A DNA stretch of 64,000 nt from Carcharhinus longimanus. Lineage: Eukaryota. The first letter of the stretch is position 1; the number at the start of each line of letters is the position of its first letter. The notes under the pieces are model-generated. The model searched no databases, was not told where the DNA came from, and was given only the letters and a program-made list of their open reading frames with translations. Positions 1-12,849 of the stretch are shown in pieces. The translations under genes and the position numbers were made by a program. Location of the stretch: positions 16,220,111 through 16,284,110 of the forward strand of contig JASCQW010000160.1 in assembly GCA_030264375.1 (NCBI GenBank), given 5' to 3'.

Positions 1-72
1 CTCTGAAAGCTTGTGGCTTGTGCTACCAAATAAACCTGTTGGACTTTAACCTGGTGTTGTGAGACTTCTTAC
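1..72 (+). mobile_element. Penelope-like terminal repeat fragment (3' half of a hammerhead motif)
   Basis: ctctGAAAgcttgtg...aaataaacctgttggactttaacctggtgttgtgagacttcttact; same repeat at about 15037, 23041, 28870 and 43708. Confidence 0.65.
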
Positions 73-219
73 TTTGAACACCCAAAGGGTGCAGCTAAAT
101 AAAGAAGGGGATGACATATCCAAATTCAGATTGCAGGCAGTGCAAATTGTACATTAAGTTTAGGTAGGTTGCAAACTAATCCAAAGCCACTCTATTTACA
201 AATTGTTCTCCTTCGGCAG

Positions 220-366
220 ATGAGCTGTCAATGTCTGATTCATTCACTGTGTCGACACTGCCTGGTGATGAAGATATATCTGAAATTCTGCTTTCCTCTC
301 CACTGCTAAAAAAACTGGAAGACCTTAAACAAACATTGTTGAAAAATCACCATGGAAACAAAACAG
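220..366 (+). CDS. Gene 1 (uncharacterised protein), internal exon
   Basis: ttcggcag|AT...ACAG|gtagg, phase 1->1; DELSMSDSFTVSTLPGDEDISEILLSSPLLKKLEDLKQTLLKNHHGNKT; joins in frame to 4367. Confidence 0.75.
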
Positions 367-1669
367 GTAGGGATGAGAGCTGGTAAAACACAAGCTAATC
401 ATTATTTTCTGCTCCTAAAATAGCCAAGTGATATTTTATTGGATTGATACCAGCTATTATGCACGGAGTAACGTTATTAATTTTTTTAAAAAATGGTTGG
501 TTTAATTGCATCAAAGCCTGCGTACTTCTCTTGGCCCACCTTGTCAAGTGTATTGTGGGTTTTGTTTTCATGTGTAAGCTGTATCTGATTTGTGACTGGT
601 TCTAACTTCCTGGTAGGCCTCAGCCTATGCACAGATCTGACACTGGTGTCGGGGTTTTTCTGAATAAAGTTGCCTGTTTTAAAGTGGGGTTGAGGCAGTC
701 TGGCAATGGAAATGGGGCATGGAGCTCGCCCCCCCACCCCCCCCAACTCCAAATCGAATCATGGCCAGCAAAACCTCCCTCCCTGATCAGGCCATTGGAT
801 ACTCTCCCCAAAACACCAGAATTAAGGAAAGTGGGCAGGGGGTAATGTAGCCAAGTTGACCAACCCCCCACTCTTTTATTTCCCTCTGTTTATGAATAAT
901 TTGGACTGGAATGTCCACACGTAGAAAGTGAAGAAGGCATTAAGATTTTTTTCCCTGAAACAGTCCAAGCACTATTTTACTGTGGAACTCAAGTCATAAT
1001 TACTGGATTGCTAATTCAATATCACAATACCCGAGTTAATCAGGGATTCTAGTCCTGCACCTAACTGTTTGATTCTTAATGTTCTCAGGGCAACTAGGAT
1101 TGGGCAATAACTAACAACCATGAGTAAGCATGGTGTGCGAATCTTGAACTGGTGATATGCCAAGAAATATAGAAGTCCATCTGATCTTATTGGCTGGGCC
1201 TAATTGTCAGTATGTCTCACAGAGCTGTTCTGAGTCTTGTATGGTTGAATATTAGCTGTTTGTTGGCATCATGTAACTATGTACATTTATACAGGGTATA
1301 AGCTAATTCCATGCTTGCTTTTGCACTGGTCTCTGTCTAGTCCACAACTGTACCTGAAGAGTCCTCGTTGGTTTTAGTGGAATCATTGCACTGGCATTGC
1401 TGGACTCTATCCGTCCATTTGTTGCCTTAATAGCCGGACAGTTAGGTTGTGCTTGGCCTGATTTTGCTCTCTAAAGTGGATCAGTCCTGATGGCAGATTT
1501 CAGAAGGTCTAACTATTTGAATGGCCCTTTCTAGAGTCAGACTTCCTGAACTGTCGTAATCCTGAAAGGGCATCGTCAGTCACTCCAGTAACAATTCTGT
1601 GTCTATGAATTCCAACTTAAGGTCACTGTAGTCACAGCCTTCAGCCAATTTTTTATAATGTTTTTTACA

Positions 1670-2410
1670 AATACAGATAGGAAATAAACAATAAATAGCA
1701 GAACCCTTAAGAGTATTGCTAGGCAGAGGGATCTAGGTGTACAGGTACACAGGTCACTTAAAGTGGCAACGCGGGTGGAGGAGGTAGTCAAGAAGGCATA
1801 GGGCATGCTTGCCTTCATCAGCCGGGGCATTGACTTTAAAAATTAGCAAGTCGTTTTGCAGCTTTATGGAGCCTTAGTTAGGCCGCTCTTGGAAGATAGC
1901 CTTCAATTCTGGTTGCCACACTACTAGAAAGATGTGGAGGCTTTGGCGAGGGTACAGAAAAGATTTACCAGATGCTGCCTGGTTTGCAGGGCATTAGCTA
2001 TGAGGAGAGGCTGGAGAAACTTGGTTTGTTCTCACTGGAGCGACGCAGGTTGAGGGAGCGACCTGATAGAAATCTATAAGATTATGTGGGACGTGGACAG
2101 AGTAGATAGAAGCTTTTTCCTAGGACGGAAGAGTCGATTACTAGGTGGCATAGGTTTAAGGGGCAAGTTTAAGGAGATGTACAAGGCAAGCTTTTTTACA
2201 CAGAGGATGGTGGGCGCCTGGAACTTGCTGTCGGGGGAGGTAGTAGAAGCACTTACGATAGTGAGTTTTAGGGTGCGTCTGGACAAATACATGAATAAGA
2301 TGGGAATAGAAGGGTATGGTCCTAGGAGGGTAGGGGCTTTTAGTTCAGTTGGGTAACATGGTCACTGCAGGTTTGGAGGGCCGAAGGGCCTGTTCCTGTG
2401 CTGTAATTTT
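1670..2410 (+). mobile_element. CR1/HER1 LINE 3' fragment
   Basis: RT C-terminal remnants (SYEERLEKLGLFSLE, FFTQRMVGAWN) plus ggccgaagggcctgttcctgtgctgta tail. Confidence 0.9.
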
Positions 2411-2779
2411 CTTCCTCTTTTGAAAGAGCAATCAGTTCTCCAGATTGCTGGGCATGTTTGTTGAAATTCATCCACGCTGAATTGTTGCTGCTGCTTCAAT
2501 TAAAGTATGTATTGCATAATTTTTGAACTTCATCAGATTTAGCTGAGGACTAATTTATTCCTTGCCTCGCAGTGATGTCATCAGCTATCAGTCCTACTGA
2601 ATAAAGAAATGTATTTACTTGTTCAGCTTCAGTTTTTTATCCATCCTGAAGCTATTATGCATTGTTAGAGTCTTTTCTGCGAAAGTCCTCAATTTTGTGT
2701 ATAGTCCAGATTGGCCCAGTAATGTTGATTTGTTGACCATAGTTACTTTAAAGTCTGGGTAAGTACAGCTTTAAATGAA

Positions 2780-4150
2780 ACAAAGAGACCATTTCGTCAA
2801 AGTTTTTAGTCTTTCACTCTTAGATACAATTCCAATCCCAAATTTAAAGGGAAAAACAATTTATATTGTACGAGAGAGTACTGATTGATTTGTCAAGTGA
2901 ACTCTGGTAGAGATGTTGCCATGGAGAATGCCCCAGTTGATGGTGACTGACAGTTAACTGCCAAGCATTGCTTAAAATTTAAACCAGGCAACTTGACTCT
3001 GGTCAAAACATTGTTCTGAGGAACGAAGCAGCGAATGGCTGTCACATATTTTGTTTCGCTGAAATAGGTACAATGTGTATACGTGTTATTTATGTCTGCA
3101 AAGGACAGGACTCTTGTGTTTTTATATATGTAACCTTCAGTAAATGAAAAAGCGCTACATTGCGAGCCTAACTGGCAATCTTAAACTGGTCGTCAGCATC
3201 ATTCTTAGCACACAGAATTATTTAACGCATGCTGTCTAGTTAGGAATTACATCTGATATTGGACACTGTGTTTTAGGTTTAGCAACCAAGGGCTGGTTGA
3301 TACAATCTGTATTGTGTCTCTTGCAAACAGCAGAAGGTACATGCTGTTTGTTAAGATCCACCTGTCTTTGGAATGTACAGCCCACATACCGAGCATCACA
3401 CTGCCACTGAAATTTAGATATCACGTTACTCATTTATGTCTTTTTGGTTTGACGGCCACATCCCATTAATGGAGAAGGCCACTTGTGTTGCTGTTATAGC
3501 AGCACCAAACAGCTAGCTTCAATTGTTGCTCAGGTTTTTGAGATACTTCACACTTCCAGGCTAATCTGAGGCGGATTGGATACTTTTCAAAGGCTGAAAT
3601 CGACAGCCTTAGCACCACTCAAGATTTTTCAATTTTAAAATGCAAAATGATCCGATCCGGGTAGCCATTATCCTGCCTTTGGTGCATCCTATTTCAGCAT
3701 CAAGCTTGCATGGTGAGCAATGGCTCTGATCTTATTTATGAAGTTGCTAATAAGGCGAATAGTATAGTTTGTGGAACTTAAAAATCCCACAGCATATACT
3801 GACCAATGAGAGTAGGCTTGCAGTAGACCATGCTGGAACCCTTCCTCCTGGAAGATTTCTCAACCGATATGTCAAGAAAAAAATGTATATTTGACTGCTC
3901 CTCTTCAAAGATGAATTTGAATGCAGCATGGAGCCCATTAAGGTACATAAGGAAGTAATTACACACAACAAAAAAGTCTCTCAAATATAGCAAATGCATC
4001 ATCCATATATTGGAAATAGGCAAGGGATAGGAGATTAGGTCTAATCCTGTCCAAGACAAGTTTTTCATGGAATCGAACAAGGGTGTTTGAGAGAACTGGG
4101 CCTATAGGAGATCCCTTGGCAATACTATCCATTTGGGCACACACGGGGTG
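2780..4150 (-). mobile_element. Decayed Penelope-like retroelement (RT + GIY-YIG)
   Basis: KGSPIGPVLSN, YFQYMDDAFAIF, FKFIFEEEQ..FLDISV, VYCKPT (RT); SNVISKFQWQCDARYVGCT (GIY-YIG); frameshifted. Confidence 0.88.
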
Positions 4151-4366
4151 CAGTTTTGGGGGTGTTGATCAGACAAGGATATCTGTACAGTTGCAATGTG
4201 CTGGTGAGGATCACATAGCCAGCTAGAGAGGTGGGGTCTATACACACTGGCAACGCCAGGATCCTGTGATGTGGGTGCCTTTTTTAAGGAAAAGAAAATG
4301 AACATGTGTCATGTTTCTTTTGCCCAGTAATCATTTAACATTCTTAATGGTGTATTTTCTTTATAG

Positions 4367-4705
4367 AAAGCTGCGCTGTTAATCAATTGGATCCAATTCC
4401 TCTGAGTGACAAAAGCCTCAATCCAGTTGACCTGGGCAGCCTGTCCCCACACCATTTTATGGTCTACAGATTTGGGTGTTACATCACTCGCCTACTCTGC
4501 GGCAGCTGTGGTCACTCTCCTCTTACCCTCCTGCTGGCTGATAGCGTCCCCACTGAAGTAAGGACCTGCTGCCAGAACAGTGTGTACAAGAACAGGTTTT
4601 ACTATGATACCAACAACAGGATATTGTACATTAGGTCCACTTGGCTCGACAACATAGGAGGGTTTATCGTCAGCATTCTCCACACAATGGCACATATTAA
4701 AACCG
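4367..4705 (+). CDS. Gene 1 internal exon, globular domain ending in HTMAH
   Basis: ttttctttatag|AA...ACCG|gtaag, 339 nt, phase 1->1; ...PVDLGSLSPHHFMVYRFGCYITRLLC...FYYDTNNRILYIRSTWLDNIGGFIVSILHTMAHIKT. Confidence 0.9.
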
Positions 4706-5659
4706 GTAAGTGAACTAACTAGTGCAATTGTCAGCGTTTTGTTGCTATACCTTCATCAGTATAGCTGGTCTTAAGCATCTAGGTAGGAAGAGCATTTGGA
4801 GTGCTATTTAAAGTGTCTCATAGTTAAGGTTCATACTGTAGCCTCAGCCTAACTGCTACATCATACACACTTCTCCACTATGGCCTGGATTTTGTGGTCA
4901 GCCACTGATTTCGCCACTTACTACACCAGAACAGTCACACTCACAAAGCCGGGTGGCTGGGGTGAGACTATTAACATCTGGCTACGCCGAGGCCGGCCAC
5001 AGAATGAATTTGTGAAACGGATCCCCCTTACAAGTCTTCCGCGAACCAATTAAGAAGTCATATAATTATCAATAGAGGATCTGTATGTGACTTTTTAAAA
5101 AGTCACTTCAACCTTGTTCTGTAAGGTATTCCCCAGCAGGTCTTTCTGTTACCTCCCAAATCTGACGCTGGGAGGCCAGAATTACAACCCAATATTTCCT
5201 GAAAAAAAATTGAACGATATTTATAAAACTACTTTAAAAACATGTCTCCAGTAAAATCTTCCATTGGTGTCTTATTTGCATCAAGCATTTCTCAAGCATA
5301 ACATGATCCCAAGTCAAAACTGGTATGGCACTCTTCCCACTTCCACTAATAAGAACTCTTTGTTCTCGATTTTAATTGTCGGTTGCTGTCCCCACTCAGA
5401 ACAGTTCAAATATGAGATTATTTTGCATATGAGTGTGATGGTTCTGAAGTGCTCAAATAAATAACATTCATAAGAAGCAAAAAAAAAGTCTAGTCTGCAT
5501 GAGAGTCTATTTTTCTTTATTGAAGGTACAAGTTATATTAATGAGCCAATATTGACACCAAAATGGGATGTATTTTCTATGTAAAGACTGTCCCTTTGCA
5601 AAATTCATCAAGAATGGTGCATTATCCTTTGTGTGAATTACTGCTGAAGTTCGCAGTTC

Positions 5660-7100
5660 AGGACCTAATTGCATGCAGTTCTGGCTGCCACAGAGGAACG
5701 TGGAAGCTTTGAAGAGAGTTCAAAGAAGGTTCACCAGGATGTTGCCTGATCTTGAGAATTGACTATGAGGAGAGGTTGAATAAACTAGGATTGTTTTCAG
5801 CAGAAAGACAGAGGCTGAAGGGGACCTGATAGATGTCTACAAAATTATGAGAGGCATGGACAGGATGGATAGTCAGAGGCTTTTTCCCAGAGTGTAACTG
5901 TCAATTACAAGNNNNNNNNNNNNNNNNNNNNNNNNNNNNNNNNNNNNNNNNNNNNNNNNNNNNNNNNNNNNNNNNNNNNNNNNNNNNNNNNNNNNNNNNN
6001 NNNNNNNNNNNAGAGGCATGGACAGGATGGATAGTCAGAGGCTTTTTCCCAGGGTGAAAATATCAATTACAAGTGTGAGGTTATGCACTTTGGAAAGAGG
6101 AATGGAGGCATTGACTAATTTCTAAATGGGAAAACGCCTAGGAAATCAGAAACACAAAGGGACTTGGGAATCATTGTTCAATATTTTCTTCAGGTTAATG
6201 TGCAGGTTCAGTCGGCAGTTAGGCAAATGCAATGTTAGCATTCATGTTGAAAGGGCGACAATACAAGAACAGGGATGTACTTCTGAGGCTGTTCAAGGCT
6301 CTGGTCAGACCCCATTTGGAGTATTGTGAGCAGTCTTGGGCCCCAAATCTAAGGAAGGATGCGCTGGCCTTGGAAAGCGTCCAGAGGAGGTTCTCAAGAA
6401 TGATCCCAGGAATGAAGAGCTTGTCATATGAGGAACAATTGAGGAACCTGGGTCTGTACTCATTGAAGTTTAGAAGGATGAGGGGCGATCTTATTGAAAC
6501 TTACAGGAAACTGCACAGCTTGGATAGAGTGGATGTGGAGGAATGTTTCCATTCATAGGAAAAACTAGAGGGCACAACCTCAGGCTACAGGGACAATACT
6601 TTAAAACGGAGATGAGGAGGAATTTCTTCAGCCAGAGAGTGGTGAATCTATGGAACTCTTTGCTGCANNNNNNNNNNCTTTAAGATGGAGATAGGTTCTT
6701 GATTAATAAGGAGATCAAGAGTTGTGGGGAAAAGACAGGAGAATGGAGGATGAGGATAAAAAATCAGCCATGATTGAAGGATGGAGCAGACTCAATGGAT
6801 TGAGTGGCCTAATTCTGCTCCTATGTATTATTGTCTTATGGGCACAGGTTCATGTTGAGAGGGGAAATGATTAAGCGATATGAGCGGGGGTGTATTTCAT
6901 GCAGAGAATGTTGGGTGCCTGGAATGCGCTGCCAGAGGAAGTGATGGAAGCAGACACCAGCAACATTTAAGAGCCATTTGGATGGTTACATGAATAGGGA
7001 GGGAATAGAGGGTTACAGACTGAGTAAGGGCAGAACGTATTGCATTTAATTTAGTTAGGGCATCATGATCGGAGGACCTGTTCCTGTGCTGTATTTTTCT
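5660..7100 (+). mobile_element. Nested CR1/HER1 LINE fragments (with gaps)
   Basis: LFKALVRPHLEYCEQSWAP..LESVQRRFSRMIPGMKSLSYEEQL; a second CR1 3' end resumes at about 6840. Confidence 0.9.
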
Positions 7101-7939
7101 TAGCTCTTTGAAAGACGTGATACAAAATACCAACTAGAAGATATTCCAAATGAAAGGCAGTTTTAACAAGGGGAATCTTTAGAGTTTCAGGCTCACTTTT
7201 AAAGTATGTATTGATGCATGGAAATGCAATAAGGGAATTAAACAAGATATTAATGCCATGAAGTATTAGCCTTCCTCCTCATCAGAGGCAATCATGTAGG
7301 CTTGATTGTTTTGTGTGGAAAGGCAGAGTAAAGGGTGAGTACAGCTGAAATAAATAAAAGATGCATTAAGTAAGGAGGTAATGATTCAGTATTTTAAAGT
7401 ATTTTGGGTTGCAAAGACTTGCAGATTGAAGGAGAAAGAGCTGACAGAAGTGCTAGGTCTGCAGTTTTGAGGCAAGCAGAACAAATGAGTTTAAGTAGAA
7501 AAGTGCACGATGCAGCATTATCCAGCAATCTAGAGCATTGGGGCGGGTGTGTTTTGGAGTTAAATAAAGAAGAAAATTAATAAGAACACTAACCATATTG
7601 AGCATAAAGGTGAGACAGCCTGCAATGGAGGGAGTAGACATTTGGAGGGCAAGGATGAGCGACCTGTCAAATGATCTTTTCCTTAAATCCTGTCTGGAAA
7701 TGTGGGAGATACTGCCCGGATAAAGGAACAACATTCACATCATGAACAGATTTATTTTTTTTAACTGAGTTAAGAACTCTTAATGACGAAAGTCTGCTCA
7801 GCATAAAAGGGTACACCAAGCTCTGTCACAGCATCTTCAGCAATGGTAAAGGGTCTGGGAGTTCAACTTGAGATCAGTTTCAATAGTAAGGACGACAATA
7901 TAGGATGCATGTAGACACATCAACGTTAAGTGACAAGAA

Positions 7940-8053
7940 GGCTGGAATTCTCTGGCAGTTCCTGCTGCAGTAAATGGAGATTTGGCCAAGTGTCAAGTTC
8001 TCCGTCCTCACTTGCAACGACACTGGGGCGTGAATGGCCAGAGAATTCTGGCC
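7940..8053. mobile_element. Short MITE, Harbinger-like
   Basis: inverted ends ggctggaattctc ... gagaattctggcc. Confidence 0.55.
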
Positions 8054-8714
8054 AATATAGTTGAAAGATTAGAAGAAACTAGATTTTCATTGGCTCTTGA
8101 AGGGTATGGGGGAGGATCAAGACCGAGTTGCATTGTTGGAGGATCAGAGGTTGTGATGACGGAAAATGTGTAGTCTGAAGGAAGTTGATCAGAAGCAGAG
8201 CCCCCAATGCCCAACAGATGGGCCAACAATATAGGTCAATGATAGCATAGAGGGAATGCAGTAAAATGGCAGCATGGAAGGAGAAACTAGAGCTCTTGGA
8301 ATTAGCTAATTGACCTAAGATTTTAGAGTGTTAGCACTGCATGAAAGTAAGTAATGCGGGAAATAAAACTGTCATGTTCTGATCATTCACTGTGGTATAA
8401 GGCCATACTTTAGGTCTGGCAAATATGTTACAAGATTACAGGGTCTGAACACTCAATACACGTGACATACTTTAACTCACTATTTATAAAGGTAATTAGC
8501 AGGTCCATTAACATCTCAGATAAAGCAGTCGACATGTTAAGCATTCTTGAGTAATGACCGTAGATTCTATGGCATAATTGCAAATCCTGTATGTGAGCAG
8601 ATAACAGTATAGACTCTATGATTGTGTTCCACTAGGTTTAAACTAGCATAAATGTGTTTTGCATATAACTGACAGAAGTGTACTTGTTTTCTTAAATTCT
8701 CTCTGTCTCTTCAG

Positions 8715-8854
8715 GAATCCAAATAAATGACAGTCACCCCATCTTCATCGAGGAGTTTGAGCGTGCAGTTGCCACCCTGGGTACCACTCTGTTCTTAATG
8801 TGTTGTGACACTGCTGCTCACGAGAAAGATGAGCGCGAAGATACTAAAATATTG
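8715..8854 (+). CDS. Gene 1 internal exon
   Basis: tctcttcag|GA...TTG|gtaatg, phase 1->0; GIQINDSHPIFIEEFERAVATLGTTLFLMCCDTAAHEKDEREDTKIL. Confidence 0.85.
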
Positions 8855-9377
8855 GTAATGAAAGAATTGAATGCCTAGCCTGTAGCAATATGACCATTAT
8901 AATCCTGAATTTGAAGAGGAAAGTCATTAAAGAATGATACTGCTGGTAGTTCTGTTAAGTATCTGAAATGGTTAAATTTACTGGGGAAAAGTTTCCATAT
9001 TGGACACTGTCGACAAACATGGAAGAAATTGGACTGTTTTCCAAGGAAAAGTTGTGGTTCAAGTTTTCGCCCAAACTTATTTGTATAATTGCAAATATAA
9101 AATCTTTCCTGCATGAGTATAATCAGGTATTATCGTAGAACATATTTGTTTTCTTCTTTGCATTAAAAAAATATTCAAATACTGTGACAGAAGGGGAGAG
9201 AGATGGGAAAACTTCCCCATTTCTCACTTCACAGCTGACTGCAACATGATGTATTTTTAGAGTGCGTGCTCTGACTTTGGAGAACATGCATAAAGGGCTT
9301 TTTTTGTAAGTTTAAATCAAAAGAAAGGATGGACATTCATGTCTAAAACACCTGAAATGTAAATGCAACAAGCGGGG

Positions 9378-9403
9378 ACACACACACACACACACACACA
9401 CAC
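9378..9403. repeat. (CA)n microsatellite running into a gap
   Basis: direct reading. Confidence 0.95.
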
Positions 9404-10598
9404 NNNNNNNNNNNNNNNNNNNNNNNNNNNNNNNNNNNNNNNNNNNNNNNNNNNNNNNNNNNNNNNNNNNNNNNNNNNNNNNNNNNNNNNNNNNNNNNNN
9501 NNNCACCCCCCCGCCCCCCCCCCCCCCGGCACCCATTCCCCGCACCCACACAGGCCACACACACGCACCCACTCCCGCACGCGCGCACACGTAAAGATCA
9601 TTTTGAGAGGTGTAATTTGCATTTACATTATTAGATAGATAAAACAGAATGAGGTCACTCCTTAACAGCCATTAAAATGGTGACCATAAAGGTAGCAGGA
9701 CTGAAGGATTCTCTCCTGGTTCCTTGAAGACAAATCGTGATTGAAAGATTATGACAATTCAGTAGTAAACAAAAATAAGATCTTCCAAGTAAAATAAATT
9801 AGCCGATGATCTTTGCCTGAGATGGTTTTCTTTTCCAGGCGTGATTCTTTCCCCTTGCAGTGATGTAATTGTGCATGCCATGTATCACTCAAACTTCTGT
9901 ATGCCACCTTGTGGAATGCAGACTTCCTCGTAGCATGAATGCAGGCCAATTTAATACTCTGAAAGCTCCATCCCATCTATTGAGGGTGTGAAGTATGCGT
10001 TTCGCTGGATAGTTGCAAAATTCTGTGTCAACATGTTTGCAATTTAATTTGTTCTTGAAGTTTGTACCTGGCTCAAAGTAATACAATTGATCATTTATGA
10101 AAGATGGCCACTTTACAATTTTGTTTAGCATTGCACAGCTGACCATTCGATATTTACTATGCATTACAACAGTTTTCTGCCCTTTTCCTTTTCTATTCTC
10201 CATTTTAGTAGTGACAATCGAGGTTTAGTGTACTCTTGTTGGCTTTTCCTTCAGTTGAGGGCTGAGAGAGATTTATGAACAATCCATAATTAATAGAGGA
10301 CTGATAGTAAAGAATGTCTAGACTGCTCCTCTATAATTCAGTTTATTACATTTTCTGAAACCATTATATCTACCCTGCTCTCATCTCTGCTGTTCAGTTT
10401 CAAGCATCTCCAATTTAAATACTGACGTTTGCTGAATCTTATCTAATGGATGATACCCCTCTACAATTAAAAAAAATTCCCTTTGCTTAAAATGAATCTG
10501 TAATTTATAGATTAATCACATTGAAGATTAATTCCCGTATCCTTTGCCCATCATAACTAAGAAAAAAACTCCTGTTCCATCAATTTCTTTCTGATTTA

Positions 10599-10850
10599 GG
10601 GCAGCATGGTGGCACAGTGGTTAGCACTGCTGCCTCACAGTGCCAGGGACCCAGGTTTGATTCCAGGCTTCGGTCACTGTTTATGTGGAGTTTGCACATT
10701 CTTCCAGTGTCTGCGTGGGTTTCCTCCCACAGTCCAAAAGACATGCTAGTTAGGTGCATTGGCCATGCTAAATTCTCCAAACAGGCGGCAAAGTGTGGCG
10801 ACAGTAGCTTCATTGCAGTATTAATGTAAACCTACTTGTGACACCAATAA
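10599..10850 (+). mobile_element. tRNA-derived V-SINE, alternative-tail subtype
   Basis: ggcacagtggttagcactgctgcctcacag head and V-domain; tail cattgcagtattaatgtaaacctacttgtgacaccaataaa. Confidence 0.85.
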
Positions 10851-11349
10851 ACTTAATTTTAACGTCTTAGTTTTCATTTTCTCCTCTTATTTCCTTTCAG
10901 GGAGGTTAGCAGATTTCACTGCCCATCACCAGTACTTAAGTTCAAGCCTAAAGTCACCATATTTGATCTTCTCCATGACCTTGTAGTTTATCTGTATATT
11001 TAAGCATTCCTTTAGAATTGGACAGAGAATTCCAAGTAATATCTTTGTGAAAACTCAATGGCTCCTTACTTAAGTTATTTGCATTTCATCACCAAACTCC
11101 AACTTCCATATTTTTCACTTGTTCCTTTCATTGGTGAGTCCCCCTCTCCCTTTTTGTGCTATAGAGTAACGTGTACTGTCTTACCTTTTCCAACATTTGA
11201 TGCTGTTTACGGTAAGATACTCTGCTGTTTTACATGTCCTTGTGTGTAATAATTGCTCCCTCCTCACAGTTCATGTCTTAACCTGACATTCATTCTTTTT
11301 ATAAATCCCTATTTGGATGTGAACTGTGGTTATTGTTTCCATTTTACAG

Positions 11350-11468
11350 GATCCTGAAAACTGGAACCAAACTGAACATATTCAATCTGTTCAGACAATG
11401 TTCAACGATCTCATCCGCATCAAAGTGCCATCTGAAACAAAGTTTATGGGGGAAATCCTAAATGAAAG
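11350..11468 (+). CDS. Gene 1 internal exon
   Basis: ttttacag|GAT...AAG|gtagat, phase 0->2; DPENWNQTEHIQSVQTMFNDLIRIKVPSETKFMGEILNER. Confidence 0.85.
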
Positions 11469-11710
11469 GTAGATATCTGCCCAAAAAATGTTCGATGCGA
11501 CCACATGATGCCCTGAATTACATCAAAGCACTGACTGATATGTTAATATCTTTAAAATTCCCAAGATCACTTCCCGAAAATGTATGGAGCAATTTAGCTT
11601 CTCTTAAGTATGACCATTATAAATTTAGCCTACTCTGAATAAACACAGTCCAATACTTTGGAGGGTTTTGTTGTTGAAATGTTTTAACTGGGATGACCGG
11701 CACACTCCAA

Positions 11711-12030
11711 TGGCTGTATGGTGGCATAGTGGTTAGCACAGCTGCCTCACAGTGCTAGGGACTCAGGTTCAATTCCCAGCTTGGGTCACTGTCTGTGTGG
11801 AGTTTACACATTCTCCTTGTGGCTGCGTGGGTTCCCTCCGGGTGCTCCGGTTTCCTCCCACAGTCCAAAGATATGCAAGTTAGGTGGATTGGCCATGCTA
11901 AATTGCCCCTTAATGTTAAGGGGACTAACTAGGCTAAATTTATGGCGATAAGACCTGGGTGGGATTGTGGTTGGCGCAGTATCGATGGGCCAAATGGGCT
12001 CCTTCTGCACTGTAGTATTCTATGGTTCTA
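11711..12030 (+). mobile_element. HE1 SINE (V-SINE with CR1/HER1 tail)
   Basis: A/B-box head, V-domain, gggccaaatgggctccttctgcactgtag tail. Confidence 0.88.
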
Positions 12031-12849
12031 TAACATCAAGATATTGCAATGGGCTGAAAATATTTCAGCTTCTATCTAGCCTCTCCATATTGGCCTATGT
12101 ACAGAATTTGTTAGTCAAATTACTGAAGTATGAGTATGATGGAAAGAAATAAAAGGATTTCAACCAATTCTATCTCGGTGAGTGTTGGGCAGATAACAAT
12201 GGCCAAGTGTTTTTCTTTCCTAACAGAAGTTGGTTTATCGTCACAAAAGGTAATTGTGGACCTACAATCCAACACTAATCCTGTGGTTAAATAGCTCTCA
12301 GTCATAGTTATAGTAAGCAAGTAGTGCAAGTTTACACCTTTATTCTGTTGATGTCACTTGAGTTCTATTCAGTGATTGCCACAGGAATTAGTGGAGGTCA
12401 AACTTCTGCCAAAAGATTCAAGCAAACTTCCCACAGTGCTTCAGTGTTTTGGTTGGTAAAAATCCCAATCTGCTCTAACAGGAAATAATTTTATCTAAAA
12501 TTGTAGGGTATCATGACAAGGCAATTTTTGATATCTGTGTAACATTGTAAAGTTCTCTAAGGGCAATTTTCCTGATCATTGCTCCCTGGGGAATGTGGGA
12601 ATTCCCCAGGGTCAAGGTTAGGTAAAAGTGCAATGGAACCCAGTCTTTTAACTTCTGTTACCCTTTGATTAGGGTATGCCCTTGTTGATAGGAGTCGTNN
12701 NNNNNNNNGCTCTCCATCACAGCATCTTGCCCAGGCCCTGTCACTGCAATCCCACACTGACCCCTCCTCCCCCCAGACCTACACATCTTGGGGCAGTAAA
12801 GGGCAATTTAGCACAGCTAATCTGTGACCTGCTCCCTATAAGATCCAAG

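Noticed and set aside
5851-6073. Direct repeat of CR1 sequence on both sides of an N-gap
   Set aside because: Near-identical sequence flanking a 100-N gap is most simply a scaffolding overlap or collapsed repeat.
11711-11790. tRNA-like A/B boxes (many copies) as tRNA genes
   Set aside because: They are SINE heads that run directly into V-domain bodies.
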